Assembly (NCBI GenBank): GCA_044892525.1 | Contig: CM097887.1 | Location: forward strand, 101,720,397 to 101,784,396 | Direction: 5' to 3' | Origin: Schmidtea polychroa | Taxonomy: Eukaryota | DNA length: 64,000 nt | In this document: piece after piece, positions 26,862 through 40,870 of the stretch | How the letters are laid out: each line of letters begins with the position of its first letter | Numbering within the stretch: the stretch's first letter is position 1 | Notes under the pieces: generated by a model | What the model was told of the DNA's origin: nothing | Databases searched by the model: none | What the model saw: only the letters and a program-made list of their open reading frames with translations | Translations under genes and position numbers: made by a program

Positions 26862-27559
26862 GTGAGTCGATTTACATATTATTTATCTTTATACATCATT
26901 TACTTATTTTAGTTAATTATTTTAAACTTTTAAAAACATTTCTCAATGAAATACAAAGTGCCACTCCCACCGAAACCCAGCGACACATTATTGATTTTTG
27001 GTTTTATATTTAAAGCCAGGATAAAATTAATTTTACATTTAAACTTTTTTGTATATTTTGACTAGTTATTAATGGCGTGTTTTATTTGAGTTTATTTATG
27101 CGAGAACTTTTAGACCAGTGAACGGACGGACGCTCTTCTATTCAACCACCAATTGCAGTTGAATGATGAATTTTAATTAAGTCTAAGTTCTATATGTTCT
27201 ATATGTGATATAAAAATGATCGAATTCTATGTTGCTTAAGTATTATACTAAGGCTTTGTTACTGCGACTTTAATCAATAAATATCGACAAACATTTTCTA
27301 AGTGCCATTTCTTTTTTCTAAACTATCTTCCTTTAACTTTTTTATTATCCTAGCATTATTTAAAATGAAATAATACAAGCAAAAGTCATATTTAGTTGAT
27401 CTTGACGGGTGATGATAAATGTAACATTATAGTCTCTTTCGGGTGGTCTGATTTGACAGGAAAAATTATCTTAACTTCAGGAAGAAGATTATCCAGTTTT
27501 GAAGGTAACATTTTGATGAACCAACCGTTGAGTAGCAGATACAAGCTTATTGATGTCGA

Positions 27560-28541
27560 TGTCATAGCTTAATAAATATTACTTGAGTTTGTTGTATATG
27601 TCTTCACTTCATCCATCCTCAACCCTTGTAGTGAACAACCAAAATCATCTGAGCGTATTCTTCAGTCTGTGAGACGAATTGTTGAGTGTGATCATCGTAC
27701 AACAGCTGCTATATCTGTGTCTACTGCACAGCGTTATTTGAAGAGGTTGGGTTACAATGGCTACAAGACGAAAACCACTTCTGACACCCAAAAATATTAC
27801 CAATCGATTTCCCTGGACAAATATTACTTCATTACATCTGGGAACGTGTTATCTTTAGGAGTGAGAGTTCCTTTCAACAGTTCTCCACCAGTGGCCGTGT
27901 TTGAGAGTAGCGTGGACCGGATCAAGAATACGACAACACTTGTCTCTAATCCACTGTGAAAAGCAGCATATTTGTCACAATGTAGGGAGTCATTTGGTTC
28001 AATGGAAAATCAAAACTACAGCATTGCCAAGTGTATGTCACCTCCACAGTTTACCGTAAAATACTTTATGTAACCCCCTCCGCCTTCCTATCTATGAAAA
28101 CGGTAACATATCAAGAGAAAATTCCCATTTTATGCAAGATGGTGCACCTTGCCACACTGCACGAGCAACGATTACCTGGTTAGAGGACCATGGGATTTCC
28201 TGCCTCAAATGGAGTGGACAATCTACAGACACGAATCACATTAAAAATGTTTGTTTTCTCTTAGATAAGGCCTTAAGAAAGTGACAATGCAAGACAAAAT
28301 CAGCTGCAAGTCTATTGGTCGCCCTTCAAGAAGAATGGGAAGCAACCCTCCAAGAAACTATCAATATACTTATGCATTCAATGCCGCAATGTGTAACTGC
28401 TATTTTTAATGCTAATGGAAAATCTACCAGATATTAGAGAGCGAAATATAATCGTCTTTCATGGATAAGGCTCAGGTTTTTTCACAAGTGTTAACAATTA
28501 TAATTTTTCTCTTGTGTCAATTTACTTATGACAATGCACTG
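27560..28541 (+). mobile_element. Tc1-like transposon remnant
   Basis: VSTAQRYLKRLGY (HTH region), FMQDGAPCHTAR and W..QSTDTNHIKN (DDE motifs), with a right TIR ...ATGACAATGCACTG|TA at 28541. The left TIR was not found. Confidence 0.8.
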
Positions 28542-29924
28542 TATATTACTGCATATAAATTCAATTCGTTTTGCAATAAACTGGTGAGATAACCGTAGAT
28601 CTGATATTTACTTCTTGATTTCAGTTTTATTCTTTAACTCAATAAGTATGGAATCTGCACAATTTTACTGTTTCGACACCTGAATATGGTTTCTGTTTTT
28701 TACTAACTTTCTACACCAAACTCCACTTAGAACCGTTTCCTATAATATAACAAAAAAATCAATAATCTTACATTATAGAAACATACATTACTTTCATTTC
28801 ACGTTGATGTTCTCATTTATAGCTCAGTGAGATACATCTTATACTATAGAAATCTGAAATGTGGAAGAAAAATTAAAAACTACACACAAGTGCAACACAT
28901 AATACTAAAAATACATACAAACTTTTGATTCGTAGAAATGCACCGCTGAGATACGTTTCTATAATAACTTTATTTTAGACAATTTTTAGAAAAAAAGATC
29001 GCTGAAAATTTTTAAAAATATATTTTTAATGAAAATATCAAGAACAGATGAATTTGGTTCAATGTCTTTTCCATCCAGATTTGATTTCCTGAAAGAAGCC
29101 CTTCATATTACAAAAATTAAAAAAATCATTTTATTTATATTCGGCAATTCCTCCTCCTCCAGCAATGGATATTATTTCCGACTGTTTGTCTTTCACCGCT
29201 TGAATACATCCCTTAGACACATCAAATTATTTAGCCGTTTCTCTTACTTTTTTTCCTTTGTAGATTGTTTTTGTACCTTTAAGAGAGGTGTACATTTTAG
29301 TGGGTATACTTTATATGGGGGTTTTACTGTATATTTAAAGATTTATTTAAAAATATTTTTTTATAATATATAATATATTTTTTCAACATTATCTGTTTAT
29401 TTATTTATTTGTGATTCTGGAACGTTCAAAGTTTATTTTGATTTTTTTCTCAATTCAATATTTTTTACAATTTTTTAATGGAGCATTTTTGAAGACCATT
29501 TACCATGAATATACATCAATTATAATTTCCACACTTTCCGATGTTAGTATACCTGCGTGACATGCTTAAGTGACATACACAAGAATATTAATTTTTCTTG
29601 GTTAAAGTTATCATATATATCAATCACTTTTTCAATGTGAAAATTTATTCAAACATACAAAGTTCAAAAAATCAATCTTACAAGAAAATATAATAAAATT
29701 CAGTAAGTATCTGCTCAAATTCCATTGGAACTGAACTTGAAAAAATTAATTTTTTCATCAGATCATTATCATCACCATATATTATATCAATCATCATAAA
29801 GAAAAGTTAAATTCTCCAATTTTAAATCCAGCATTGAGTACTTACTTGAAGGTAAGAAAAACGAGAATATTCACAAGAAATACAACAAAATCTTTAGTTT
29901 AAAAGTAATCCAGTAACATAAAAC

Positions 29925-30425
29925 GGTACTTGTTCATTATCGGGAAAAAATAATAATAATTAAACTTTGAAAATAACTTACGACATGTTGAGTGTGACCA
30001 GTACCCTTGTGAGCAATATCCATAGGGGGACAAAATATTCTGTTGGATAAACTCAGAGTATTCCTTTTGTTTGATATACATATTATAAAAGGTTTGAAAA
30101 ATTTGAAAATAATGTTTGAAAAGTTCCCGCCAATGGATTTTATTGAACGTTGGTTCATTCAAAAGATAATTTAGAGGTAATTTTTAGTCAGACCCTCAAA
30201 GGTTTATGGTGGGTCAATAACCTTTAAAGGGTTAAAACCCTTCGAATTTTTCAAACCTTATATGTATATGAAACAAAAGGTATACTCTGAGTTTATCCAA
30301 CAAGATATTTTGTCCCTCTATGGGTATTGCTCACAAGGGTACTGGTCACACTCAACATGTCGTAAGTTATTTTCAAAATTTAATTATTTATTTTTTTACT
30401 GGGGGTCCCAATAATGAACAAGTAT
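29925..30425. repeat. ~500-bp fold-back with ~185-bp arms containing the 84-bp GAGTTTATCC...CATGTCG repeat
   Basis: 29925-30110 is an imperfect reverse complement of 30243-30425; core copies at 29977-30060 (-) and 30283-30366 (+). Confidence 0.85.
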
Positions 30426-31097
30426 CCAAAAAACTCTTTTTATTCAATTATTTTATGAAACGGATAAAAGCAAAAAAATTGGCGCCTTAGAACAACATAG
30501 TTTTCAAACAATATAAATAAAAAAAATAAAATTATTTAACTTATTAATTTAATAAATTTGAAAAAATCAAAAATCCACATGCCCTCAATTTATAACTATC
30601 TATTAATGAAACCAAATGTTTACGTAATTTTATGCAATAAACAATGCTTTACACATATATTCCTATTATTATAAACAAATTTTAAACTAAATTTTGCTAC
30701 AGTCCTTATTGTGAAAAGCTAGGAACACTTGTGTTTTGAATTTTTTAAATAGTTTATTAAATTGAGTACTTGTTATTTTATTTAATTTTTTATAGATTGT
30801 CTGTTAAAATTATAATAAAATGTTTTAGAAATTTTATAATGTAGTATAAGTTGAAAAATAATTGACTTTTAATTAAACTATCAAAAATTAATAAAGATTG
30901 TGTAATTTGTTTATTAAATCTATAATATCTAATTTTGTGTATCCTACCTGACGATGACAGGAACATTGTCGAAATATATTGTGACACGGATGTTTGAGTA
31001 ACGCCTTTTAATAATTTTAAATAATACATATCATATGAGCGAATCATTTTTATAATATCTCTTAATCCTCTTAATTTAAAATACTTTTAATTTTAAG

Positions 31098-31196
31098 CAT
31101 TCGAAGTATCTTTTGGGACCGGCGAAAATGGAAGATAGATCAAAAAAATGCTGTGTCATAGATCTCGATGAAACACTTGTTCATAGTTCTTTTAAG
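31098..31196 (+). CDS. CTDSP: CTD small phosphatase (SCP/CTDSP family), exon carrying the DxDxT catalytic motif
   Basis: ttttaag|[33 protein letters not shown]|gtaata; 99 nt, phase 0-0. Confidence 0.92.
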
Positions 31197-31559
31197 GTAA
31201 TACATATTGAATAAATAGTCATCAATTCCTTTTAAAGTTTTTGGGAAATCCAATTAATTTATGACTACTATTTAATTTATACATATTTCAATTATTTATT
31301 TATTATTTATTTCATTTTCTTGGACTAGAATTGAAAAGACTTGTCTGAATACTGCGACAACAATAAACACAATTCACTATTAAAAACATTTAACCTAAAA
31401 GTATTCTTAGACCCCAATTAAATATTGATAACGACTATATAATAAGGAAAATAAATTAACAAGTATAATTCAGGAAAAGAGAGTTCGAGATTTTTTTTAA
31501 TATTTATTTTACAAGTCTAAATATTGATTTAAAAGTGCAAAATAATGCAATTGAGTGCA

Positions 31560-34360
31560 AATGATGTTTGCATGTTGTATTATTGAGACTTTTGACGAAA
31601 CTTAACAACTGTCACACCATCGTATTGATTTTATGTGCATTTTTGATTTTGAGTGAACAAGTATTCAATCAAGTGCAAAAATGTGTAAAAATATTATTTT
31701 TAAAAGCAAATATGCGTATAAGTCTCCCAAAAATCATTTCTGACGGGGACTTACCTTCAAAGTCAGCAGATATCTGATGATAGAATATCATCTTTTGAAG
31801 AAACTCGTCAAATTCAGTATTGTATTGACTTACCTTCCAACATTTTATACCCCTCTTGATGGTTTGAACTGCACGTTCGTCTCTGCCATTTGCTTTTGGT
31901 AAGTATGGCCGGGATTCCATTTTACAAGCTCCTTGGTTCCCTAACCAAGACATCAATTCGTTTGATGTGAACTCCGGTGCGTTATCTGTTACGATACATT
32001 CAGGGATACCGTATTGCGTAAACACTTTAATCAGACATTTGATAATGCCGGATGTAGTCCTCTCTTTCGTTCTAAAGGCTTCGATCCAAACTGAACCCGA
32101 GCCAACTATAATTAGAATGTTGCCAACCTCCTTGGGGTATGTCCAGTCAATATGTACTCAGTCGAACGACTTAGCATAGGTCCATCGATGGACTGTTTTG
32201 ATTAAATTTGGTCGGATTCTCGAGCACATTGAACAATTACCTACAAGTTTCTCAATGTTGTTTGTCATACCTGGATAACATGTAATCGAGCTCAACATTC
32301 TGTATGGAGTTTACACTACATTGTGTGTTTCCTTGTGAATTAAATTAAAAGCTTTTTTACGAAGTCTCTCGTGAATGAACACTCTATTGCCATTATACAG
32401 CATTTTTGTTGTCGATTGTGAGACTTTTATATATTTTTTAAAACTGTACTTCAAATTGACTGCATTTGGACCTTCTTCCGCTTATCACTCGTTGCAGAAT
32501 TCCTTTCAACCGTTCATCTTATAACAGTTCATTTATAATTTCTTTTGGATCTAAAACATTACAAAATGTGACGCTGTAAATGTTTGGCGCATTCATCGTG
32601 TCGAAATCAACATTTTCCTTGTCTGCATCTTTTAATTAATCTTCCCGGAATATATGTTATATCATAGTCGTATTTCATCAGTTGTATTTTATATTTGGTT
32701 ACTCGTGCTGAGGCTTGTTCTGGGATGGCCCTGTCACTTCCAAATAAATATTTCAACGGACAATAATCGGTCTGAAATGACTCAACCTGGTTACAAACCA
32801 TACAACCGCTAAAGCTTCTCTTTCTATGTTTGAATAATTACGTTCTGCTTGGTTCAGAGTTCGGGAAACATAAATAACTGGGTAACCTTCCTGAGTTAGA
32901 ACTGCTCTCACGGCGTTCAAGGATGCGTCTGTCGTTAGAGTCATTTCATTTTCAAGGGCGTACGGTTTCACTACCGAATGATCGGATAATTATTTCTTTA
33001 GTTGGTCGATTTAATTGATCTACCTTTTAACATTTCTCCGTCCAAACAAATACTATCTTTCTCAGGTTGTTCAAATATGTAATTTTTTCCGAGTATTTGG
33101 GAATGAGTCTACCAAAATAATTTGTTAGTCCGATATAGTTTTCTACTTCTTGCGTATTCGTAGGAACAATGATGTCTTGTAATTTTCTTACTAACTTATT
33201 ATTCGACTGAATACCTCGACTAGACTATTGAATCCTAAAAACATAATTTCATCGACGTACTCAATTGACTTTTCTCTTTTCTTTGTTTACATTGATTTTC
33301 TTTTCTTTTAGGCTTTGCTTGACTGCGTCTAACCAGGACCTCATCTTGGTATATCAGGATACCTTTTATATATGATAAAATTTCCTCCATGGTTCTTTGA
33401 AATATCGCCGAAGCATTTTTCATGCCCATCTGCAGGCGATTTACATAGTATAAACCTTTTGATGTATTAATAAAATGACAGCTCGATTTGGCAATAGGCT
33501 GATTTTTAGTCTACTTTGGCAAAAAGTTTTGAATTTTTCATGCGCCCGAATATAGTTTCTATCTTGGTTAGAGGATATGATTCCGTTATGATTTTCTTGT
33601 TTATATGGACTTTGAAATCCACACACATCCTTAAATCTCCATTCTTTTTTTATCCATACCACAGGAGAACAATCCATTACTGGATCTTTGCAATGTGATA
33701 TGACTCCCATTTCCTCAAGACGTGATAATTTCTCATTTTATTCTTGTTTCAATTGCCTAAGTTATGGTTCTTGCTTTACAGAATACATTCCTGGCCTCTT
33801 TCATTGGTATAATTGTGGCTTGAATTCCTTTGATTGTGGGAAGAAATGTACTCTTCATCGTAGTATTGTAATTGCTGCTTCTAAATGATTTCTGCCTAAA
33901 AGACCATATGTTTTATCTGATTCAATAACCGTTAATGTTATGATTTAATGCTTGCTTTTAGTTTCTACAACAAGAAACTGATCTCGGCACATCATCGTAT
34001 GCTGACAATTTAACTTGCGAATGGGTTAAATCCGGTTTACTTATATTTTCCCACATCCTGGACGATATTACGGACACATCTGCACCCGTGTTAACCTACA
34101 TAATCACCTCGTGCGAGTTTATTCGGCAATTTACTAGCTCCTTTCTACACGAATTAATTATGATGATTGTTCCTATATCTGAGTTTATGCTTTCTTGGTC
34201 CATAACGTAAATACTCGGTTTATTTGATCTACTTGATGTATATACTCTGTCCATTGGTTTATTCTAATTATTGCATTGAATGCGTGTAACACGTTTCGCA
34301 TTGGTCTGCAATTGTGAAGTCCGTAGGTGGTATTCCCGCTCGTGATGCCATTAACGTAAA
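31560..34360 (-). mobile_element. Degraded Gypsy LTR retrotransposon (PR-RT-RH-IN) in a CTDSP intron
   Basis: Minus strand in order: NTGADVSVIS (protease, ~34075); MGMKNASAIFQRTM...IYQDE (RT); TDASLNAVRAVL...NYSNIEREALAV (RNase H); YGIPECIVTDNAPEFTS...NGRDERAVQTIK (integrase). Many stops. Confidence 0.9.
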
Positions 34361-34919
34361 TTGATGTAAATTCTATTCTTTAAAAACATCCGTTAATATA
34401 AACAATTTTATTAATATTAATTTCTTAATATTATTTCATTATCATAATTATATTTTGATTTTACCTTTTATCTTTTATTTAATTCAATAATTTTCATATT
34501 ACTGTTTGTAAGACTAGATTCAAAACAATATATAAGGTACACGATATTTCAGCACAGATATTATCAAGTATGTATTTAAATAGTGGTTCTTAATATATCG
34601 AGCATGAATCAATAATTGTGCCAAGGTAGTAAAATCTGTTGATTCATCGAGTTGTAATGCAAAGATTGTGAATATATATCTATAAAAAAACTATCTAAAA
34701 ATTATTCAGATTTGACTGGAAATAGAATAAATAAATTTAAATTAAATAAATTATAAAATTTTTAAATATAAATTACTGCAGTCTGGTTTGAATTAAAAAT
34801 AAATTTTAAACAAATAACAATGCAACGCGAGAATAAAAGAATTGATATTTTAATACTAAATTAAGATAGAATGAATTAATCAATTTTTATAATTTTATTT
34901 GTAAAAAGCAATGACTTTG

Positions 34920-35960
34920 CGATCCCTAGGTGGAGAACATGTGCTTTAGATAAACTTATTAAGTCGTAGAAAGGCAGGGAAATGTTTAATTTTTATATAG
35001 GGGATATTCATGGTGGTTTGGGATTTCTTAATAAGCATCACATGATACAAAGTTATTCTATATCAACATCAATAACATACATGATTGAGTTTTAACTCAA
35101 AGTTTAAGTTTTGGACATTTTAGTTGGATTTATGATAACCTTGATAGTATTTTAGAAGATTGTGAGAATTCGCACTTAGAATCGCTTTCTTATGAATATA
35201 CTGTGAAAGTTAATTTGGAAATACCGAATGAACTTCATTACTCATCGAATAATTTTCCAGTGGCTGCAGAAAAGAAGTCCGTATCAAAATGGAAATAATT
35301 ATTTTAGGCACAATATAATAAAGAAAAATTATTTAGTACATTGGCGATTAGTCAAAATATATCTATCATTAGGGGTGTAAGTTGTTAGTATTCATCGAGC
35401 TATCAAATTTAAATAAGATTATTTTTTCAAAAGTTTTTTTGACACTAACAGTTTTAGATTTATCTTAACTTCGATTATATGAGCTCCAATATGTGGAATT
35501 AATATATCGGAGTCAATTTAATTGTATTATTACGGGTGGCACATATACCTTATTCCTAGCAATTAGAATTGTAAATTTGAGATTCTTTTACTTGCAATGA
35601 TCAATGATAATCTTTTGGATACATCTAACTCTAATTTAACTCTCCTATTTTGCAACAAAAAATAAGACTCTGTGATTGGAAAATTTAAAAATGAGAGTAA
35701 GGGTACTGGGTACAAAGAGTGGATATTTCTGCGACCAAAATGTTGTAGTTTACTAGGTAATACGAATACGTTATAAGCGAAAGTTGTAAGATTGAAAGAT
35801 AGTCTTATCTGGTTTGTTACAATGGATTAGAAATACCTAAGTTGTCCCAATTTAGAATAGGTGCTAGTAACCATCGATTGTCTAATTTTCAAACTACTTA
35901 AGTCACACTCACAAATAAGGATGATATAAGAGTTTAAAATGGGAATAATTGAAAGTCGGG
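34920..35960 (+). mobile_element. Decayed Polinton/Maverick-type protein-primed DNA polymerase B fragment
   Basis: Frameshifted pieces read LFYININNIHD*VLTQK, VNLEIPNELH...FPVAAEK, YLVHWRLVKIYLSLGV*VVSIHRAIKF, LDTSN, VIGKFKNE...EWIFLRPKCCS and NKDDIR. These follow the order of Polinton pPolB motifs (YLDANNLYG.AM.Q.LP, YV.HY..L...L..G....IHR.L.F, FDTSNY, GKFKDE...EF..LR.K.YS, DDKR). Confidence 0.7.
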
Positions 35961-36412
35961 CATGTGATCATTATATGATAGAGAATAGTGGGAAATTTGC
36001 AGAATAATCATCAAATTGTTCATTAAACTGCTCGTCAAAATCCTCATCAAATTACTTATTTTATGACCAAAATCCTTTGTTTTAATCTAGAATGTAAAGT
36101 ACCTGTAGAAAATATTGAAACCCAATAATTCGGAGACTAAAAAAGCCTGACCAAAAAAACAAAGTATTAAACAAGTATTAAAACAAAGTATTTTTCAAAA
36201 ACATACGCCCCCTAAAAAAAATTTCGTGTATTTGGAAGTCTTCGTCTAGAATCTTAGTTTTCCGGGATTTTTGACTGGGACACACTCATCATTTCCCACC
36301 TCTTACCAAAATAATTTGTTCAAGGTTAGAATAGGTTATTAAAAACTTTTCATCCGTTGAATATATTTATTTAATTCAAATTTTGATTTAATAATGCTAA
36401 TAGTTTTTTTAG

Positions 36413-36562
36413 GAACTGATGAAATATGATTTTAAAATTTCTGTGGAAATCGATGGAGTAATGCATGAAATATTTATTTTGAAACGGCCGTACGTTGATT
36501 TATTTCTCACAAAAATGAATTCACTATTCGAATGTGTTCTATTTACTGCAAGTCTTGCAAAA
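36413..36562 (+). CDS. CTDSP: CTD small phosphatase exon
   Basis: tttttag|[50 protein letters not shown]|gtaatt; 150 nt, phase 0-0. Confidence 0.93.
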
Positions 36563-38444
36563 GTAATTTTATATTATATTTTATAATTTTCCATCAGTAA
36601 CAAAGTTTTTGCAAGGTTAAAATATTTTGTAAAGATTATTTTTTTATCCTGAGCAATCATTGGTTAATGATTGGTTAAAGTCATGTCCTAACCTGCTACT
36701 ATAAATTAAACACATTTTGTTAACGGGTGCGGAGGCAAAATCTTGAATATTTTTGATTAAATGTAGTGTACACCTAATTCCGAAATTTAGTAACTTCTAT
36801 AATCTAAAAAAAATCAATAAATTTATAGTATGAATTCTGAGGTGAAAATCGAGCAATCCCTGAAATATTCCTTAATGCCGCTCTATATAGAATTTTGGGG
36901 TCAACTCTAAGCAAGTGTATGACAAAGCCTCGGAAGCAACTTCCATTCATCAAATGCAACGGGAAATATAAATTGAGCTGAAATCAATTATTCAAGGGGA
37001 GCTGCAAGATGATTTTCTGACTATCCGGAAACGCTTGATAGCTGTTAATCGAAATTTTCCAATTTCCATTGCTTAATGGTTCGCATTTATTGTTATGACC
37101 ATGGGTAAATAAAATATACTATTCGTTTTGGTTTGGCCTTTTTTGCCTCATAGTGTTACATTGAAACTTACTCCAGATTTTGCTCCCTTACCTGTTATTT
37201 TTAAAATCTAAATATTCATTTTGAGGCCTGTTGCAAATTATAGAAATTTTATATCTTGTGTTGGCAGTATTTACATACAAAATAAATGATAAATTACTAA
37301 TAAATTATTGCCTGATAATTTCTGTGGATTTTAATGGAATAGTTATTTTTAATTATTAAATTGATTAAATAATTAAATTAATATTATCAATATTTAAAAA
37401 TTGAATACGGTCAAAATGAATTGCAAGAATTTAACAACAATTATAAGTAATAAATAATTCAAAATCATTCGTTGTTTTCGTTATCGAGTACTAGTCTCAG
37501 AAATCTTTTTTAAGTTCGTTTTTAAAAGAATTGTTTGCTCTAAATGGTTATCTTCTACCAGATGTAAGTTATCGCTGTTTGCATGGTTACTTTATTATAG
37601 AAATTACGTTTCATTTAAGTTTTCTATCCTACCTTTAAGCTTACATTTGTTTGGATGAAATAATAACATCTATAATATTAAAAAACCGATATATTATAGA
37701 AGTACCCACACTTATATGTTAAATTTTAATGTTGCATGGAATAACATCATTTAAATTCAGAAAAAGATAGAACAAATAAACAAACACAACTTTTGATAAA
37801 AACTTTCGATATATAAAAAGACTATGTTGAGAATATTCGTTATTTTCGTCCAAAATACATAATTTAGATGAAAATATGTGCCGAAATATTTAAAAATATT
37901 AAATTTAAGTTCAAAATAACTAAAACTCACATGAAATTGTAAAAAAATATACAAGAAAAAACCAAATTTTGTAAACTCATAATTTGATAAAAATAATTCC
38001 TGACAAATAATGATTTATCTATTGATTCGCGCACAAACCTGTGTTATAGAGTCTAAATCATTTGCTTTCATGCTTTCATTGGACAGCACCAAACCACAAA
38101 TGATACATTGGTTTGGGACAACTTGCATCTGATCCAGGCCAAGAAATAAATCCAAATCTTAAAAAAGTAATGTTGTATTTGCGAACAAAACTTGACCTCT
38201 TCTTTTTTTGTCGGGTGGACATTGAACTTCTTCTTCATCATTGTTTTCAACAGCTGTTGAATTGTTATTGTTAACCTTTATAACAAAATTGTTTAATATT
38301 GCTTGTCTTTTTTTACTTTTCATTTTAGGATTGGAAAAAGTTTAGGATTATTAAAAACTTGATTAATTTTTAGCAATTTTTAAATTATATTTATTGATTA
38401 ATTGTAAAAAATTAGCATTAAATAAAACTTTTTTCAAATTTGCT

Positions 38445-38487
38445 CACGACCCGGTAACGGGTCGCGACAGGCGGTTGACAATCGCTG
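38445..38487 (-). mobile_element. Isolated hAT/Charlie-like terminus
   Basis: Reverse strand CAGCGATTGTCAACC...GTCGCGACCCG, with a CGACCCG-GTAA-CGGGTCG hairpin; resembles Charlie/MER-type ends. Confidence 0.45.
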
Positions 38488-39672
38488 TTATAGACGAAAT
38501 TCCACACAAACAGTTTTATAATAAATTGATAGATATAACTGATACTGAATTTTCAACATACGAGTTATTTTGTATGTTTTGTATAATATAATTTATTTAT
38601 TATTTTTTATATTAAATGCGGTTTTTATCAATTGAAATGAGATTTATGCAAATCAATATTGTTTATAAAACACCAAAGAAGATACATCTTCAATTTCTGT
38701 CCGAAGAGAAAGATCAGATATACATAATTTATATTGCACAAATAAAATTAGAGATTGATCTTTTTGGTTACTTATTAGCAAATATTGACTAAATCTAATC
38801 ATTTTTAACTTTTAAAAATATTCTATGAGAACTGTTATAATTGTGCTAGTTATGAATATTTTGTTATATGTGATTTGTGTTAGGAATAATTGTAGGACCC
38901 GATAGAGTCTCTGATAAAAAATAGGTGGCGGGACAATCGGGTGCGTGTGTGTTGTCAAAAAGTATTTTCTATTAGTGGGTATACAACACCTAACCAAAAA
39001 TAATTAATAATAAACTATAATCAACAATAAACTTTTATTCAACTACAAAGATAAATACTTTATAGAACCGGATCGAATATCGCCGGATAGTTAGATGAAA
39101 TTGTTAAATTCAAAGAATTTTCGACTGTAGCTTTCTAGAGAATGGGATTGAATATCACTAGTTAGTTAGATGAAATTGTTAAATTCGAAGAATTCCCGAC
39201 CATTTAATTAAGTCGTTAACCCAGTCATGAACGAATTTTCATTTTGTAAAATGTAGAAGATTAAAAAAGCTAATTTAAAATTGCAAAAAATTTATATTTT
39301 CTAGGATTAGATTTCTTTCTTAAAATATATTAATAGTTATTCTACATCTTTTTAGTTTTTGTTGAGGTTATGTAAATTAGTGTAAATAACTTTTGAAAGC
39401 ACAAAATTTGAATGTAAAAATAATTAAAATTCTGCAAAATCATTGAAACTACAAATTTAAAGAAGAAATTCATATACGATAAATTAGAAATTTGGAAAAT
39501 CGAAAAAAAAATTTCATTTTTATTGAAATAAAACATAATTGTTTTGGATGTTGTTGCTTTGAATCGAAACACATGGAGCCATATTCTTAATAAATTTCTG
39601 ACAAAACAGTTCAAAACTCAAAATTTTTCATAAGTTTATGGTTTCATTTTGTTATATTGATATATTTTTCAG

Positions 39673-39858
39673 TATGCAAATCCCGTAGCAGATTTATTAG
39701 ATAAAAGCGAAGTATTTCGGTATCGCTTATTCCGAGAATCGTGCATTTTTATGAAAGGAGGATTTGTGAAAGATTTATCAATGCTTGGAAGGACATTAGA
39801 TCAAATTGTTATAATTGATAATTCTCCTATGTCATTTATGCTTCATCCACAGAATGCA
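39673..39858 (+). CDS. CTDSP: CTD small phosphatase exon
   Basis: tttcag|[62 protein letters not shown]|gtaaat; 186 nt, phase 0-0. Confidence 0.95.
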
Positions 39859-40550
39859 GTAAATATTTTTCATTTTTTAATATCATTCCAATGAAAATTC
39901 ATCTTAATAACTTCAGTAAACAATACGACATTCAAAATATCAAGATCTCTCTCTCTCTCTAGCTCTTATATTTATTTTTTTCATCGCCAATTCATCATTA
40001 AATTTTGTTAATATAGCAACATAATACTCCCCTGTGATAGCTTTTCCTTTTACCAAGTAGTCGATCAATACGATACCTCGTGAATCCCAGAAAACAGAGG
40101 TCTTCATTTTCCTCACTGACAGTATTTTATTTACATATTTTGGAGCACACTAATCGAGTATAACTCACTGTTTTGATTGTTCTATTGTTTCTGGTGTGTA
40201 ATGACGAATCCATGTTTCATTAACAGTCACGAATATCCACAGAAACTATTTTAGATTGCGCTGATATTTGACCAAACATCGTTGAGATCAAATCACTCGA
40301 TTCTATTTTTGTTACACAGTAAGCAAGTTTTCACAGCGTTTATCTGACATATTTACCATCTAAACTATATTTTGAACCTTCACTATGCGGTCTANNNNNN
40401 NNNNNNNNNNNNNNNNNNNNNNNNNNNNNNNNNNNNNNNNNNNNNNNNNNNNNNNNNNNNNNNNNNNNNNNNNNNNNNNNNNNNNNNNNNNNNNNNNNNN
40501 NNNNNNNNNNNNNNNNNNNNNNNNNNNNNNNNNNNNNNNNNNNNNNNNNN

Positions 40551-40870
<320 letters not shown>

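Noticed and set aside
29899-30162. The 84-bp motif read as a peptide (YSEFIQQNILSPYGYCSQGYWSHSTCRK)
   Set aside because: Several differences between copies are synonymous in this frame, but other copies have stops and there are too few changes to show selection. Treated as non-coding.
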